From Acutalibacteraceae bacterium (GTDB lineage: Bacteria > Bacillota > Clostridia > Oscillospirales > Acutalibacteraceae), in the NCBI GenBank assembly GCA_045650565.1, contig JAZRRG010000042.1:19546-83545 (forward strand): a DNA stretch of 64,000 bases, read 5' to 3'. The notes beneath the pieces were generated by a model. The model was not told the DNA's origin, did not search any database, and saw nothing but the letters and a program-made list of their open reading frames with translations. Position numbers and translations under genes: made by a program. Numbering within the stretch: position 1 is the stretch's first letter; each line of letters starts with the position of its first letter. Positions 44,753 through 53,982 of the stretch are shown piece after piece.

Positions 44753-46030
44753 TTACTTTTCCCCTTTCTTTAAATTCATTACCCTTTGAGCCGCCGATAA
44801 AATCCCTATTTCGCCCGAGTGGAAGTTAAGACCACCCTGAAGCCAAACGGCAAACGGCTCACGAAGCGGAGCATCGGCCGATAATTCTATTGAGGCACCG
44901 AGGGTGAAAGCACCCGCTGCCATAATAACTTCACTGTCATAACCCGGCATTGGGGCAGGGTAGGGCGTAGCCAAGGAATCGATTGGAGAGCCCGACTGCA
45001 AGCCCTGACAAAACGCAATAAGCGTTTCGGAATTTTTAAGTAATATTGTTTGTATAATATCGGCACGCTGCTCGTTGTATGCGGGCAGAGGAGTATAGCC
45101 CATTAAGCCAAACAGTTTTGCGGCAAAAACGGCGGTTTTTAGCGCTTCACCAACAACGTGTGGAGCCGAAAAAAGTCCCATATACAACTCTCGCAGGTGA
45201 CCGAGTGAAGCACCAACTTCACGTCCGACACCGGGGGCAGTTAAACGATAAGCGCATTTTTCAACCAAATCGCTTCGACCTGCAATATATCCGCCCGTAG
45301 GCGCAATGCCGCCGCCCGGATTTTTAATGAGTGAGCCCGCAATTATATCGGCGCCAACCTCACACGGCTCGGTGGCTTCCACAAACTCACCGTAGCAGTT
45401 ATCTACCATAATAATGGTATCGGGTGAAGCTTCACGAACAGCACGGCACAGCTCTCCGATTTTAGCAACCGATAAGCTCGGCCTTAAGCTGTAACCCTTT
45501 GAGCGCTGTATGTACGCCATTTTGTATTTTTGCTCTTTAAGAGCTATTTTTATGGCATCAATATCGGGTGTTCCATCGTTTTTTAAATCAACCTGATTAT
45601 ATTCTACGCCAAAGTCCTTAAGGGAACCATCGGTATGCTTATCAATTCCCAAAACACCAATGAGTGTATCATACGGTCTGCCCGTTAGGCAAAGCATTTT
45701 GTCGCCCGGTCGGAGCAGCCCGAAAAGCGCCACCGTTAAGGTATGGGTACCCGATACAAAGTTGTGGCGGATAAGGGCGTCCTCAGCGCCCATACAGTCG
45801 GCAAAAACCCGTTCTAACATATCTCTGCCGCTGTCATCATAGCCATAACCCGTAGAAATGCCCAAATGCGACTCGCTAACACCGTTTTTCACAAAAGCCG
45901 ACAAAACCTTTTGCTGATTATAACGGGTGACAGAATCGATTTTTTGGAAAATTTCTCGGCACTCGGACGTTGCCTTGTCGCTGAGTTTTATAAGCTCATC
46001 ATCAAATTTAAAAAAATTCAAGTTATTCAT
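44753..46030 (-). CDS. YnbB-type PLP-dependent enzyme (methionine gamma-lyase-like, annotated 'aluminium resistance' family)
   Basis: LSAFVKNGVSESHLGISTGYGYDDSGRDMLERVFADCMGAEDALIRHNFVSGTHTL is the typical N-terminal signature of this family. SLIKNPGGGIAPTGGYIAG contains the expected PLP-lysine region. Confidence 0.8.
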   Translation of the reverse strand: MNNLNFFKFDDELIKLSDKATSECREIFQKIDSVTRYNQQKVLSAFVKNGVSESHLGISTGYGYDDSGRDMLERVFADCMGAEDALIRHNFVSGTHTLTVALFGLLRPGDKMLCLTGRPYDTLIGVLGIDKHTDGSLKDFGVEYNQVDLKNDGTPDIDAIKIALKEQKYKMAYIQRSKGYSLRPSLSVAKIGELCRAVREASPDTIIMVDNCYGEFVEATEPCEVGADIIAGSLIKNPGGGIAPTGGYIAGRSDLVEKCAYRLTAPGVGREVGASLGHLRELYMGLFSAPHVVGEALKTAVFAAKLFGLMGYTPLPAYNEQRADIIQTILLKNSETLIAFCQGLQSGSPIDSLATPYPAPMPGYDSEVIMAAGAFTLGASIELSADAPLREPFAVWLQGGLNFHSGEIGILSAAQRVMNLKKGEK

Positions 46031-46097
46031 CTTCCTTTAGCCAAAGCATTCAAACCCGAATCAGATTTTGGGATAAGGATTTTACGCTGTGGCTTTG

Positions 46098-46841
46098 TTA
46101 AAATACTCGCAAATCCGTCAGGATTTGCTGTGTTTTGGCTAATGTACAGTATGCTACCTTTGATTCAACCGTAAATCCGTTTTTTTCATAAAACGGAACA
46201 TTTTTATACTCGGCGCAAATGTAAACCTCTCGGTGTTTTACTATTTCGAGCAAACGGTTAAGCGTTGCCGTGCCAAGACCTGAGAGGCGGTTATCGCTCT
46301 CTACCGCAATTCCCGCAAGGGTTGCAAAGCTTTCGTTAAAAAGTATAACCCCCGCCGAATATTTACTCGTTACATATCCCGCTGTGCCACGCCTTATGCG
46401 GTGGGACATATCGGCAATAAAGCCCTGCTTGTCCCCTACGGGAAGGTGCTTTGATAAAACAGAATAAACCTTATCGAGTCCCTCATAGGTGTTTTCAATT
46501 TTTTGTGTTGTGTCAAAGTCATGGGACTTGTAGAGAGATGCGCACTGCAAAGTAACATCGAGTCCCAAGCTGTTTGCCGTTTGCAAATCGGTGAAAATAT
46601 TTGTTGGAGATACGGCATTTATAAAGGAGCGGAGCTCCTCGGTATCGCCTGCGCTTCGGCAAATAATCATATTTGAGTCAATTAAAGAGATAAGCGCCGT
46701 CACATTTTGATTTCCATCCCGTTGCACCCAAAAAAGCGCAATTTTTGGGTAATCGCAATAGGCGGCATATAGGCACATAAGCCGAACGTAAGCCACATTG
46801 CGTACATTTATATCGGGTAGAGTTTTACTGAGTGTAATCAA
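46098..46841 (-). CDS. GNAT-family acetyltransferase-like protein with an N-terminal extension
   Basis: C-terminal LAGIAVESDNRLSGLGTATLNRLLE resembles the acetyl-CoA-binding motif A (R/Q-x-x-G-x-G/A). Confidence 0.55.
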   Translation of the reverse strand: MITLSKTLPDINVRNVAYVRLMCLYAAYCDYPKIALFWVQRDGNQNVTALISLIDSNMIICRSAGDTEELRSFINAVSPTNIFTDLQTANSLGLDVTLQCASLYKSHDFDTTQKIENTYEGLDKVYSVLSKHLPVGDKQGFIADMSHRIRRGTAGYVTSKYSAGVILFNESFATLAGIAVESDNRLSGLGTATLNRLLEIVKHREVYICAEYKNVPFYEKNGFTVESKVAYCTLAKTQQILTDLRVF

Positions 46842-47852
46842 TTAAAGTTCCCCCGAGCAAATTTTATTTATCATATATTCCGTAAGCTTTTTTGCGTTTT
46901 CAATATCACTTATATCACATATACTCGAGGGCGTATGGATATAGCGGCAAGGAACCGATATAGCAAGGGTTCTGACACCCTCTCGGCTTAAATGAATTTC
47001 ACTTGAGTTGTTTCCACCCGCAACCGCCTGTTTTACTTGGCAGGGAACACCCGAATTTATAGCCGCATTAAACAGCGTACGGTCATACACAGCACCTTTG
47101 TCCATAAAGGAAACGGCAGGACCTTTGCCAAGGTAACAAACCTTGTTGCAGTCCTCCACCGAGTCAATATCGGCGGCGGTGGTGGCTTCAAGCACTATGG
47201 CGGTCTCGGGGTTTACGGTATAGGCGGCGGTTTTAGCACCACGGCAACCGATTTCCTCGCCAACGGTAAAGGTGGCATAAAAATCATACTGGCTTTCCTG
47301 CTTTAAAAGCTCGGTTAGTATAAAGCAGCCAACCCTATCATCTATTGCCTTGGCTTTTATGCGAGTATCATCTAATTTAGCAAACTCACTAACGATAATA
47401 CCGCCGTCGCCTATGTTTATAAGCTCCTCTGCTTCGGCACGAGAGGAACAACCGATATCTATATAAAGGTCATCGACTTTGGGGCATTTTTTACCCTCGT
47501 CGCCCTCGGTTAAATGTATTGGCTTGCAACCAATAACACCAAATACCGAGTCGTTAATTAAACACAAGCGGCAAAGCAAAACACTCGGTTTTATTCCGCC
47601 GAGCACGTGAAATTTTAAAAAACCGTCACTCGTTATGGCAGAAATGATTACCCCAACCTCATCCAAGTGGGCATCAATCATCAGCTTTGTGTGGGAGGGA
47701 AGTTTACCCTTTTTGTAGGCGATAATGTTGCCGTTTTTATCGGTGGTGCACTCGCAAAAGGGTGAAATTTCTTCCAAAATCTGCTCTCTGACAGTTTTTT
47801 CAAAGCCCGAGGGGGAATTTGCTTGACAAAGCTTTTCTAAAGATTTAAGCAT
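46842..47852 (-). CDS. M42-family metallo-aminopeptidase (FrvX/YsdC/TET type)
   Basis: IDAHLDEVG, KAIDDRVGC, TVGEEIGCRGA and RYIHTP are the conserved M42 metal and active-site blocks. Confidence 0.85.
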   Translation of the reverse strand: MLKSLEKLCQANSPSGFEKTVREQILEEISPFCECTTDKNGNIIAYKKGKLPSHTKLMIDAHLDEVGVIISAITSDGFLKFHVLGGIKPSVLLCRLCLINDSVFGVIGCKPIHLTEGDEGKKCPKVDDLYIDIGCSSRAEAEELINIGDGGIIVSEFAKLDDTRIKAKAIDDRVGCFILTELLKQESQYDFYATFTVGEEIGCRGAKTAAYTVNPETAIVLEATTAADIDSVEDCNKVCYLGKGPAVSFMDKGAVYDRTLFNAAINSGVPCQVKQAVAGGNNSSEIHLSREGVRTLAISVPCRYIHTPSSICDISDIENAKKLTEYMINKICSGEL

Positions 47853-48858
47853 TTTTTAGTCCCCCCGACAAAACATATTTTTCGAGCAATGCTACAACCG
47901 ACAAAATATCACTTATTCGCACAATTTCAACATCGGTGTGCATATTGCGAAGCGGAATAGAAACAAGACCTGACGGAATTCCGCCGCCGCTAACCGAAAT
48001 AACATCGGCGTTGGTAGATGTTTTGCCTCCCATTACCTCGTTTTGATAGGGTATATCATTATCACTTGCCAATAAAACAAGCTTGTCGGTTATATCACGG
48101 TTTAAAACGGGAGAAATGCCTATCATTCCGCCACCTCCCAGCATTCCGCACTTGGTGGCAGGAATATCGGGTCCGTCACCAAAGCTTACATCTACTATAA
48201 CCGCTTCATCGGCATCGCTTTTAAATGCAGCGGTTTTGGCACCACGAAGACCTAATTCTTCCGTATCGCTAAATAAGAATTTAACGGTTATGGGCAGCTT
48301 CTTTTTGTATAAACGCTCTGTGAGTAAAATGAGTGCCGCAACACCCGCACGGTTATCGAGAGATTTACCGCAAAGGAAGCAGCCGTTTAGTATAGCCGCA
48401 TCCTGCCTATAGGTTACAAGGTCACCAACCGAAATAAGCTCGGCGGCTTTAGGACCGATACCTGTATCTATTTTGATTTTGGAAATGTTATCTATCACGG
48501 TATCGTTGTTATCAAGATGTGGCGGAGTGCTGACAAAAACGCCGCAAACTTTCTGCTTACCGTGTATTGTCACAGGTCTTGCGGGTAGATGCCGCAAATC
48601 GATGCCGCCGAGGTTGGAAACGGTTAAAAAACCGTCAGCCGATATATTTGTGACAACGAAGCCCACCTCATCAATATGCGCATCAAGCAGTAGGGCATAG
48701 TCGCTCTTACCCTTTATTGTAAGGCATCTTGTAAGACCGTTTAATGCTTCTACCGTGCCGTATTTACTTAAATGCTTTTCAAGAATTTTTACCGCATCAT
48801 CTACAGTACCTATAGCACAAGCAGAGGAAAGTGCGGTTAACAAGCTTTTTATATCCAT
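47845..48858 (-). CDS. M42-family metallo-aminopeptidase (second paralogue)
   Basis: LDAHIDEVG, KSLDNRAGV, FSDTEELGLRGA, RNMHT. 8-nt overlap with the downstream paralogue. Confidence 0.85.
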   Translation of the reverse strand: MDIKSLLTALSSACAIGTVDDAVKILEKHLSKYGTVEALNGLTRCLTIKGKSDYALLLDAHIDEVGFVVTNISADGFLTVSNLGGIDLRHLPARPVTIHGKQKVCGVFVSTPPHLDNNDTVIDNISKIKIDTGIGPKAAELISVGDLVTYRQDAAILNGCFLCGKSLDNRAGVAALILLTERLYKKKLPITVKFLFSDTEELGLRGAKTAAFKSDADEAVIVDVSFGDGPDIPATKCGMLGGGGMIGISPVLNRDITDKLVLLASDNDIPYQNEVMGGKTSTNADVISVSGGGIPSGLVSIPLRNMHTDVEIVRISDILSVVALLEKYVLSGGLKNA

Positions 48859-50237
48859 TATAATTTATTCACCAGTTCTTTAAAGTAGTTTCCACGCACT
48901 GCAAAGTTCGGGAAGGCATCAAAAGAGGCACATGCGGGGCTGAGTGTTACAATGTCGCCCGCTACTGTGTTATCGTATGCTTTTTGTACGGCATCATCAA
49001 GATTATTTGCTCTAATAATTTCGGGAGAGCCCTTGTATTCCTTATGCTCTGTTACTGCCTTTTCTATTTTCTCGGCGGTAGGTCCCGTTAAAATTAACAG
49101 TTTAACCTTATCAATTACATAGGGAGCCATCGGCTCAAAGGGAATTTGCTTATCGTAGCCACCCGCCAATAGCACTACCTTTCGGTCAAAAGCTTTAAGA
49201 CCCGCAATGGTACGGGTAGGGCTTGAAGCAATAGAGTCGTTAAAATAGCGTACGCCTTTAACCTCTCTTACAAATTCAATGCGGTGGGGGACACCTGCAA
49301 ATTCCCTGGCAACAATTCGTATGTTGTCAGCACCAACATAGCCCCAAACCGCCGAGATGGCGGCAAGATAGTTGGCTACATTATGGTCGCCTAAAATGGT
49401 TATGGCATCTCGGTGCATAATAGGTGCATTGATACCTCGGTAGCACATATTGATATAACCGTCGTTATCAAGCCAAGCGCCGTTTTTAACGGGATTTTCC
49501 ATACTAAAGCCCAAGGACTGTCCACGCACAAGCTCACGAAATCCGTTAGTAATTTCGTTATCGTAGTTTAAAACGGTACGGGAAAAGGCACCTTGGTGAA
49601 GCAGTACGTTCTTCTTTGCCTCAACATATTCGTCCATATCCTTGTGGATGTCAAGATGGTTGGGCGCCACATTTGTAACAACCGCAACATCGGGACTTTT
49701 TCTCATAGATATAAGCTGGAAGGAGGAAAGCTCAACAACAACATAGTCCTCACTCTTAATTTCATCAATTCTCGGAAGCAAGGGTGTGCCAATATTACCG
49801 CCCACGTGTACTGTATAGCCCTCACGCTTTAACATCTCGGCAATAAGGGTGGTTGTGGTGGTTTTTCCGTCGGAGCCGGTAACCGCAAAAATCTTTGCAG
49901 GGCACAAATCGAAAAATACCTCCATTTCACTCGTAACGGCTATTCCACGTCTGCGTGCCTCTTTAAGCTCGGGCAAATTAAAACTCATACCGGGGGTGCG
50001 GAAGATAACATCCACCTCAAGCTTTTTAAGGTAGTCCTCTCCAAGACTGAGCGTTGCACCCGCATTTTCAAGCTCATCACAAATAGCGCCTAATTGTTCA
50101 CGTGTTCTGCGGTCACACGCAACAACACGAGCACCTCTGCTTAAAAAGGTTTTAATAAGCGGAGTGTTGCTAATGCCAATACCGCACATTGCGATTTTTT
50201 TGTTTTCAATTTGCTCCCAAAACTGTTTAAAATCCAA
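48858..50237 (-). CDS. murD: UDP-N-acetylmuramoyl-L-alanine--D-glutamate ligase
   Basis: TTG start after GGAGGGG. The sequences GIGISNTPL..., VTGSDGKTTTTTLI, VELSSFQL and NHLDIH are Mur ligase blocks, and the N-terminal Rossmann pattern is of the MurD type. Confidence 0.9.
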   Translation of the reverse strand: MDFKQFWEQIENKKIAMCGIGISNTPLIKTFLSRGARVVACDRRTREQLGAICDELENAGATLSLGEDYLKKLEVDVIFRTPGMSFNLPELKEARRRGIAVTSEMEVFFDLCPAKIFAVTGSDGKTTTTTLIAEMLKREGYTVHVGGNIGTPLLPRIDEIKSEDYVVVELSSFQLISMRKSPDVAVVTNVAPNHLDIHKDMDEYVEAKKNVLLHQGAFSRTVLNYDNEITNGFRELVRGQSLGFSMENPVKNGAWLDNDGYINMCYRGINAPIMHRDAITILGDHNVANYLAAISAVWGYVGADNIRIVAREFAGVPHRIEFVREVKGVRYFNDSIASSPTRTIAGLKAFDRKVVLLAGGYDKQIPFEPMAPYVIDKVKLLILTGPTAEKIEKAVTEHKEYKGSPEIIRANNLDDAVQKAYDNTVAGDIVTLSPACASFDAFPNFAVRGNYFKELVNKL

Positions 50238-50270
50238 GTTTACCCCTCCGAAAACATACTTATTTATTAT

Positions 50271-50299
50271 ATTATACTAACATATTATATAAATATCAA
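50271..50299 (-). promoter_or_regulatory. SigA-type promoter for the murD-led operon
   Basis: On the minus strand: TTGATA (50299-50294), 17-nt spacer, TATAAT (50276-50271). Confidence 0.6.
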
Positions 50300-50335
50300 T
50301 AATTAACTTTTTATAGTGACAAATATTGACAAATT

Positions 50336-50364
50336 TTTTGCTTTTTGATAAAATAGGTTATATT
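50336..50364 (+). promoter_or_regulatory. SigA-type promoter (extended -10) for the EamA-family gene
   Basis: TTGACA (50336-50341), 17-nt spacer ending in TGa, TAAAAT (50359-50364). Confidence 0.6.
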
Positions 50365-50388
50365 TTTTAAGAGGAGGAGTCTTAATTT

Positions 50389-51369
50389 ATGCTTTGGTTT
50401 TGGTTGTCGATATTAGCGCTTCTCTGTTGGAGTGGCTCTGACCTTTTTTCAAAAATGGGAACTCGTGAGCAGGACAAAAACAGTCATTGGAGGGTTGTTT
50501 TTGCAGTCGGCTTAATTATGGGTGTTCATTTTTTTATAACGCTTATCGGCGGCGCAATAATTGATGGCACCGTGGGGGTTGACAATGTTAATAAGGTGTT
50601 GGCAAGTCTTGTTTACACCGATTTTAAATTTATAGATTTTATTCATTATTTACCGATAGCGGCTTTGTATATATTGGCAATGGTGCTCGGTTACATAGGA
50701 CTTCGTTATATTGAGCTCTCCATTTCCTCGCCCATTTGTAATTCTTCGGGCGCCTTGGCATTCCTTTTATGCCTAATATTCGGTCTTGTTTCCACTGAGG
50801 ATATAACTGTTATGACGGTGGTTGGCATTGCAATGATAACCGTTGGTATTATAGCGCTGGGATTTGTTGAGCAAAGGGAAGATGAAGAGGTAAGACAAGC
50901 ACGGCAGGAAAGGGCAAACCGCAAATACACAAAAAGCGTTCTCGCCTTTTTGCTTCCAATTTCGTATCTTATAATTGATGCATTGGGAACGGTGGGAGAC
51001 GAGTATCTTTTTTCAGACGGCTTTATCCAAAGAACCGGTATAGAAATGAGCGACTATGCGGCAAATGCGGCATTTGAGTTAACATTTTTCATCCTGGCAG
51101 TGTTTGCATTTATTTGGCTTAAATTTGTCAAGAGGGTGCCGGTGTTTAAGGGCGGCAAGCACTTGTTCTGGGGCGGACTTTGCGAGACGGTAGGTCAAGT
51201 ATTCTATATGGCGGTTATGTTTAGCGATTTTTCAGTTGGTATGGTAATCATTTCGGCTTACTGTGCAATATCTGTGCTTTGGAGCAGAATATTCCTTAAA
51301 GAAAAAATGTCGTGGAAGCACTATGCTGCCATCATTATTGTAATTGCGGGTATAGTGATACTCGGATAA
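50389..51369 (+). CDS. DMT/EamA-family membrane transporter
   Basis: About 10 TM helices in two halves, separated by a charged loop (EQREDEEVRQARQERANRK). N-terminus LLCWSGSDLFSK. Confidence 0.7.
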   Translation: MLWFWLSILALLCWSGSDLFSKMGTREQDKNSHWRVVFAVGLIMGVHFFITLIGGAIIDGTVGVDNVNKVLASLVYTDFKFIDFIHYLPIAALYILAMVLGYIGLRYIELSISSPICNSSGALAFLLCLIFGLVSTEDITVMTVVGIAMITVGIIALGFVEQREDEEVRQARQERANRKYTKSVLAFLLPISYLIIDALGTVGDEYLFSDGFIQRTGIEMSDYAANAAFELTFFILAVFAFIWLKFVKRVPVFKGGKHLFWGGLCETVGQVFYMAVMFSDFSVGMVIISAYCAISVLWSRIFLKEKMSWKHYAAIIIVIAGIVILG

Positions 51370-51378
51370 AATAAAAAT

Positions 51379-51416
51379 GGGAGACACTTCTTTACGAGGT
51401 GTCCCCAATTTTTTAT
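51379..51416. terminator. Bidirectional terminator between the EamA-family and PqqD-like genes
   Basis: ggg(a)gacac pairs with gtgtcccc across an 11-nt loop, flanked by A-rich and T-rich runs. It overlaps the PqqD-like stop codon. Confidence 0.7.
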
Positions 51417-51700
51417 TCCAAAATATCTTTTTCTTTTAGTTTTTCGATAAATGCCTCAACATCTCTTTGTGCGGTTTCTTTATCAACCGCATATTCGCTC
51501 AAAAGGGCATTAATCAAATTTTCGGTAGTGTTTTCTTCGGTTAATTGCTCCCATAAAAATTTACCTGTATCGTTTAGCGTTATAACCGAATTAAAGTTTA
51601 CCGATGAGCCGACACAAACCACAAGATTTTCACCCGCTACGGTTCTTAAAATATAATCATCACGAATTTTCACGTTAGTATCCCTTCCTTCTATATACAA
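51413..51700 (-). CDS. PqqD-family protein (stand-alone RiPP-recognition-element-like peptide chaperone)
   Basis: ILRTVAGENLVV...LNDTGKFLWEQL....ENLINALLSEYAVDKETAQRDVEAFIEKL matches the PqqD winged-helix pattern. Confidence 0.7.
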   Translation of the reverse strand: MYIEGRDTNVKIRDDYILRTVAGENLVVCVGSSVNFNSVITLNDTGKFLWEQLTEENTTENLINALLSEYAVDKETAQRDVEAFIEKLKEKDILE

Positions 51701-51788
51701 TCATTATATAATATTTTAAAATGTATTGCAAGTAGATAGCCGAGTGTTGTATAATATTTAAAGAAAAATTAAAAACTAGGAGATAAAT

Positions 51789-52292
51789 ATGGATATTTTC
51801 AAGGAACAACTGATAAAAATTAAAAGGAGTCCCGCTGAGTATGTGTTAATGGCTATAATTATTATTGTAGCCCTCGCAATAAGCGTGGCATTGTTTTTGT
51901 TTTCGGGACAGTTTCCAATTTTTATTTTGCTTATAGTTGCCGTTATTTACGGTACGGCAAAGCTAATCGGTATGTTTTCGGTTGAATATGAGTATATCGT
52001 AACCAACTCATCGGTCGATATTGATAAGATTATTTCAAAAAGCAGTAGAAAGCGCCTTGTTTCCTTTGATAGCAAGGATATTATTCGTTGCGAAAGGGGT
52101 TGCGCAAATGCGGTGATAGCGGCGGATGATAGGTTTATTTGCTGCGACAAGGATGATACAAACGCATATTGGGTGCTTGTAAAGTCGGGCAACAATAAAA
52201 AGGTTTTGATTATGATGGCGCCCAATGAGGCGATTATTGAGGCCATAAAGTCGGGTGCACCTAAAAATAAAGCAAGAGAGATTTTTAACTGA
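51789..52292 (+). CDS. Small membrane protein of unknown function (two N-terminal TM helices)
   Basis: GGAG RBS and a hydrophobic hairpin, VLMAIIIIVALAISVALFLF / FPIFILLIVAVIYGTAKLIGMF. Confidence 0.5.
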   Translation: MDIFKEQLIKIKRSPAEYVLMAIIIIVALAISVALFLFSGQFPIFILLIVAVIYGTAKLIGMFSVEYEYIVTNSSVDIDKIISKSSRKRLVSFDSKDIIRCERGCANAVIAADDRFICCDKDDTNAYWVLVKSGNNKKVLIMMAPNEAIIEAIKSGAPKNKAREIFN

Positions 52293-52293
52293 T

Positions 52294-53139
52294 ATGTACG
52301 ATTATGAAACAATTAAAGCTCCGGTAATATCTCCAAGACCAAAGGATTCGCATAAGGGCACCTTTGGTACGGCACTGCTTGTGTGTGGGAGCTTTGGAAT
52401 GGCGGGAGCCGCTATGCTTTCAGGCGGTGCAGCGCTTCGAAGCGGTGTTGGTAAACTTCAAATGGCGGTGCACAAAAGCATTTACGGCATCTGTGCTAAT
52501 GCCTTGACCGAGGCGGTGTTTTTGCCCTATGGTAGTCGCTTTAAAAAGACGGTGTTACGGCATATTAAGTCGGCGGACAGTATACTTTTCGGTTGCGGAG
52601 CAGGGGTTAAGAAAAGCACATTAAATGGTCTTCGATTGATAATTAAAAACGCAAACTGCCCTATAGTGATTGATGCGGACGGAATAAACCTGTTATCTCA
52701 CAGCATAGATATATTAAAACAGGCAAAAACTCCTATAATTTTAACTCCGCATCCAGCTGAGATGTCCCGCCTTTGCGGTAAAAGTGTTGCCGAGATAAAT
52801 AATAATCGGTTGCAAACCGCCGCCGATTTTGCGGCAAAGCACGGTGTGTATTTGGTGCTTAAGGGCAATCAAACGGTTGTTGCCGCACCCGATGGAAAGC
52901 TATTTGTAAATTCAACGGGAAATGCAGGGATGGCTACGGGCGGCAGCGGCGATGTTCTCGCAGGTATTATGGCGGGCTTACTCGCATATAATACCGATGT
53001 TTTGGGGGCGATACAGGCGGCAGTGTATATACACGGCACCGCAGGGGACAGTGCGGCGAAAAAATTGTCGCAAACGGCAATGCTGCCGAGTGATGTTATT
53101 AAGGAGTTACCTTGCGTGTTTAAAACACTTGAAGGGTAG
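52294..53139 (+). CDS. nnrD: ADP-dependent NAD(P)H-hydrate dehydratase (YjeF C-terminal domain)
   Basis: RPKDSHKGTFGTALLVCGS..MAGAAMLSG, DADGIN, LTPHPAEMSRL, GNAGMATGGSGDVLAGI. ATG 52294 is chosen so the gene does not overlap the upstream gene. Confidence 0.85.
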   Translation: MYDYETIKAPVISPRPKDSHKGTFGTALLVCGSFGMAGAAMLSGGAALRSGVGKLQMAVHKSIYGICANALTEAVFLPYGSRFKKTVLRHIKSADSILFGCGAGVKKSTLNGLRLIIKNANCPIVIDADGINLLSHSIDILKQAKTPIILTPHPAEMSRLCGKSVAEINNNRLQTAADFAAKHGVYLVLKGNQTVVAAPDGKLFVNSTGNAGMATGGSGDVLAGIMAGLLAYNTDVLGAIQAAVYIHGTAGDSAAKKLSQTAMLPSDVIKELPCVFKTLEG

Positions 53140-53146
53140 CGGTTTT

Positions 53147-53626
53147 GTGCAAAAATTTAAAGTAGTTATACTTCTACTCATTTTTACTTGCTTGTGCGCA
53201 TGTGGCAGTTCCTCGGTAACTCCTGTTACCTGTGGAGTGTCGTTTAATGCGCACATTTTGTATTTTAATAAAGAGTATACCTGTGCGGTGGTTATCGGCG
53301 CCAACGGTGATACGGTTTTAACCGTTACCGAGCCACAGCTCATATCGGGCGCCAAGGTTGTTATAACAAAGGATGAGGCGTATGCCGAGTATAAGGATAT
53401 AAAATATCCCGTAGACCTAACTAGAGCCGAGGGAGCGCCTTATTTCCTGTTGCGAGTGTTAGGCGACATAAAAAACAAGACCGCCTCAAAAAGCGACAGT
53501 GGATATATAATCGAGGGTGCTGTGTCGGATGAAAAATACAAAATAACCCTTGCCGGAAGCGGACTTCCGCTAACACTCAAAGGAGAGAATATTGAAATTG
53601 AGTTTTTAGATGTAAAGATTACATAG
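53147..53626 (+). CDS. Small lipoprotein of unknown function
   Basis: In-frame GTG 53147 gives VQKFKVVILLLIFTCLCACGSSS, a signal peptide with a lipobox. The longer ORF-track version (from 52922) overlaps nnrD in another frame. Confidence 0.55.
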   Translation: MQKFKVVILLLIFTCLCACGSSSVTPVTCGVSFNAHILYFNKEYTCAVVIGANGDTVLTVTEPQLISGAKVVITKDEAYAEYKDIKYPVDLTRAEGAPYFLLRVLGDIKNKTASKSDSGYIIEGAVSDEKYKITLAGSGLPLTLKGENIEIEFLDVKIT

Positions 53627-53650
53627 AAGAGATTGAGATTTAGGCAATAG

Positions 53651-53680
53651 AAAAACGGGCAGCTGCCCGTTTTTTATTTT
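53651..53680. terminator. Bidirectional terminator
   Basis: aaaaacgggcagctgcccgttttt palindrome with flanking A and T runs. Confidence 0.8.
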
Positions 53681-53808
53681 TGTTCTGTATTTTGAATAAT
53701 AATTTCTCCGTTTTGTTCTTCGAAAACTCTGACACACTGGCGGATAAGCTTACCGTGTAAAACAGGGTCAATCTCAATGCTAAGATGCTTATTTTCTTTG
53801 TTACGCAT
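53674..53808 (-). CDS. Candidate 44-aa small protein (below the ORF-track cutoff)
   Basis: Hand translation gives MRNKENKHLSIEIDPVLHGKLIRQCVRVFEEQNGEIIIQNTEQK. A GAGGGAG RBS lies 7 nt upstream of the ATG. The stop codon is embedded in the bidirectional terminator. Confidence 0.35.
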   Translation of the reverse strand: MRNKENKHLSIEIDPVLHGKLIRQCVRVFEEQNGEIIIQNTEQK

Positions 53809-53951
53809 AATCTATCTCCCTCAAATCTTAAATTAAGTATATTTTAAGATTGTTTTGTTGTTTTGGCGTATATCCCTACAAAAAAGGATGAATATAGCAA
53901 TTAATCTTAATAATTTCTAAATATAGCATTTTACAGTATAGTCCCTAAATA

Positions 53952-53978
53952 GAAAAAACCGCTCAATAGAGCGGTTTT
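53952..53978 (-). terminator. Terminator of the yabE-like gene
   Basis: On the minus strand: aaaaccgctc-tatt-gagcggtttttt. Confidence 0.75.
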
Positions 53979-53982
53979 CATT

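Noticed and set aside
51399-51656. 85-aa plus-strand ORF opposite the PqqD-like gene as a possible RiPP precursor
   Set aside because: It is fully antisense to the PqqD-like CDS, begins inside a terminator, lacks an RBS and is Ser/Phe-rich low complexity.
52922-53146. N-terminal 75 codons of the ORF-track entry 52922-53626
   Set aside because: This part overlaps the 3' end of nnrD in another frame and is Arg/Cys-rich nonsense. An in-frame GTG at 53147 yields a clean lipoprotein signal peptide, so only 53147-53626 is called.
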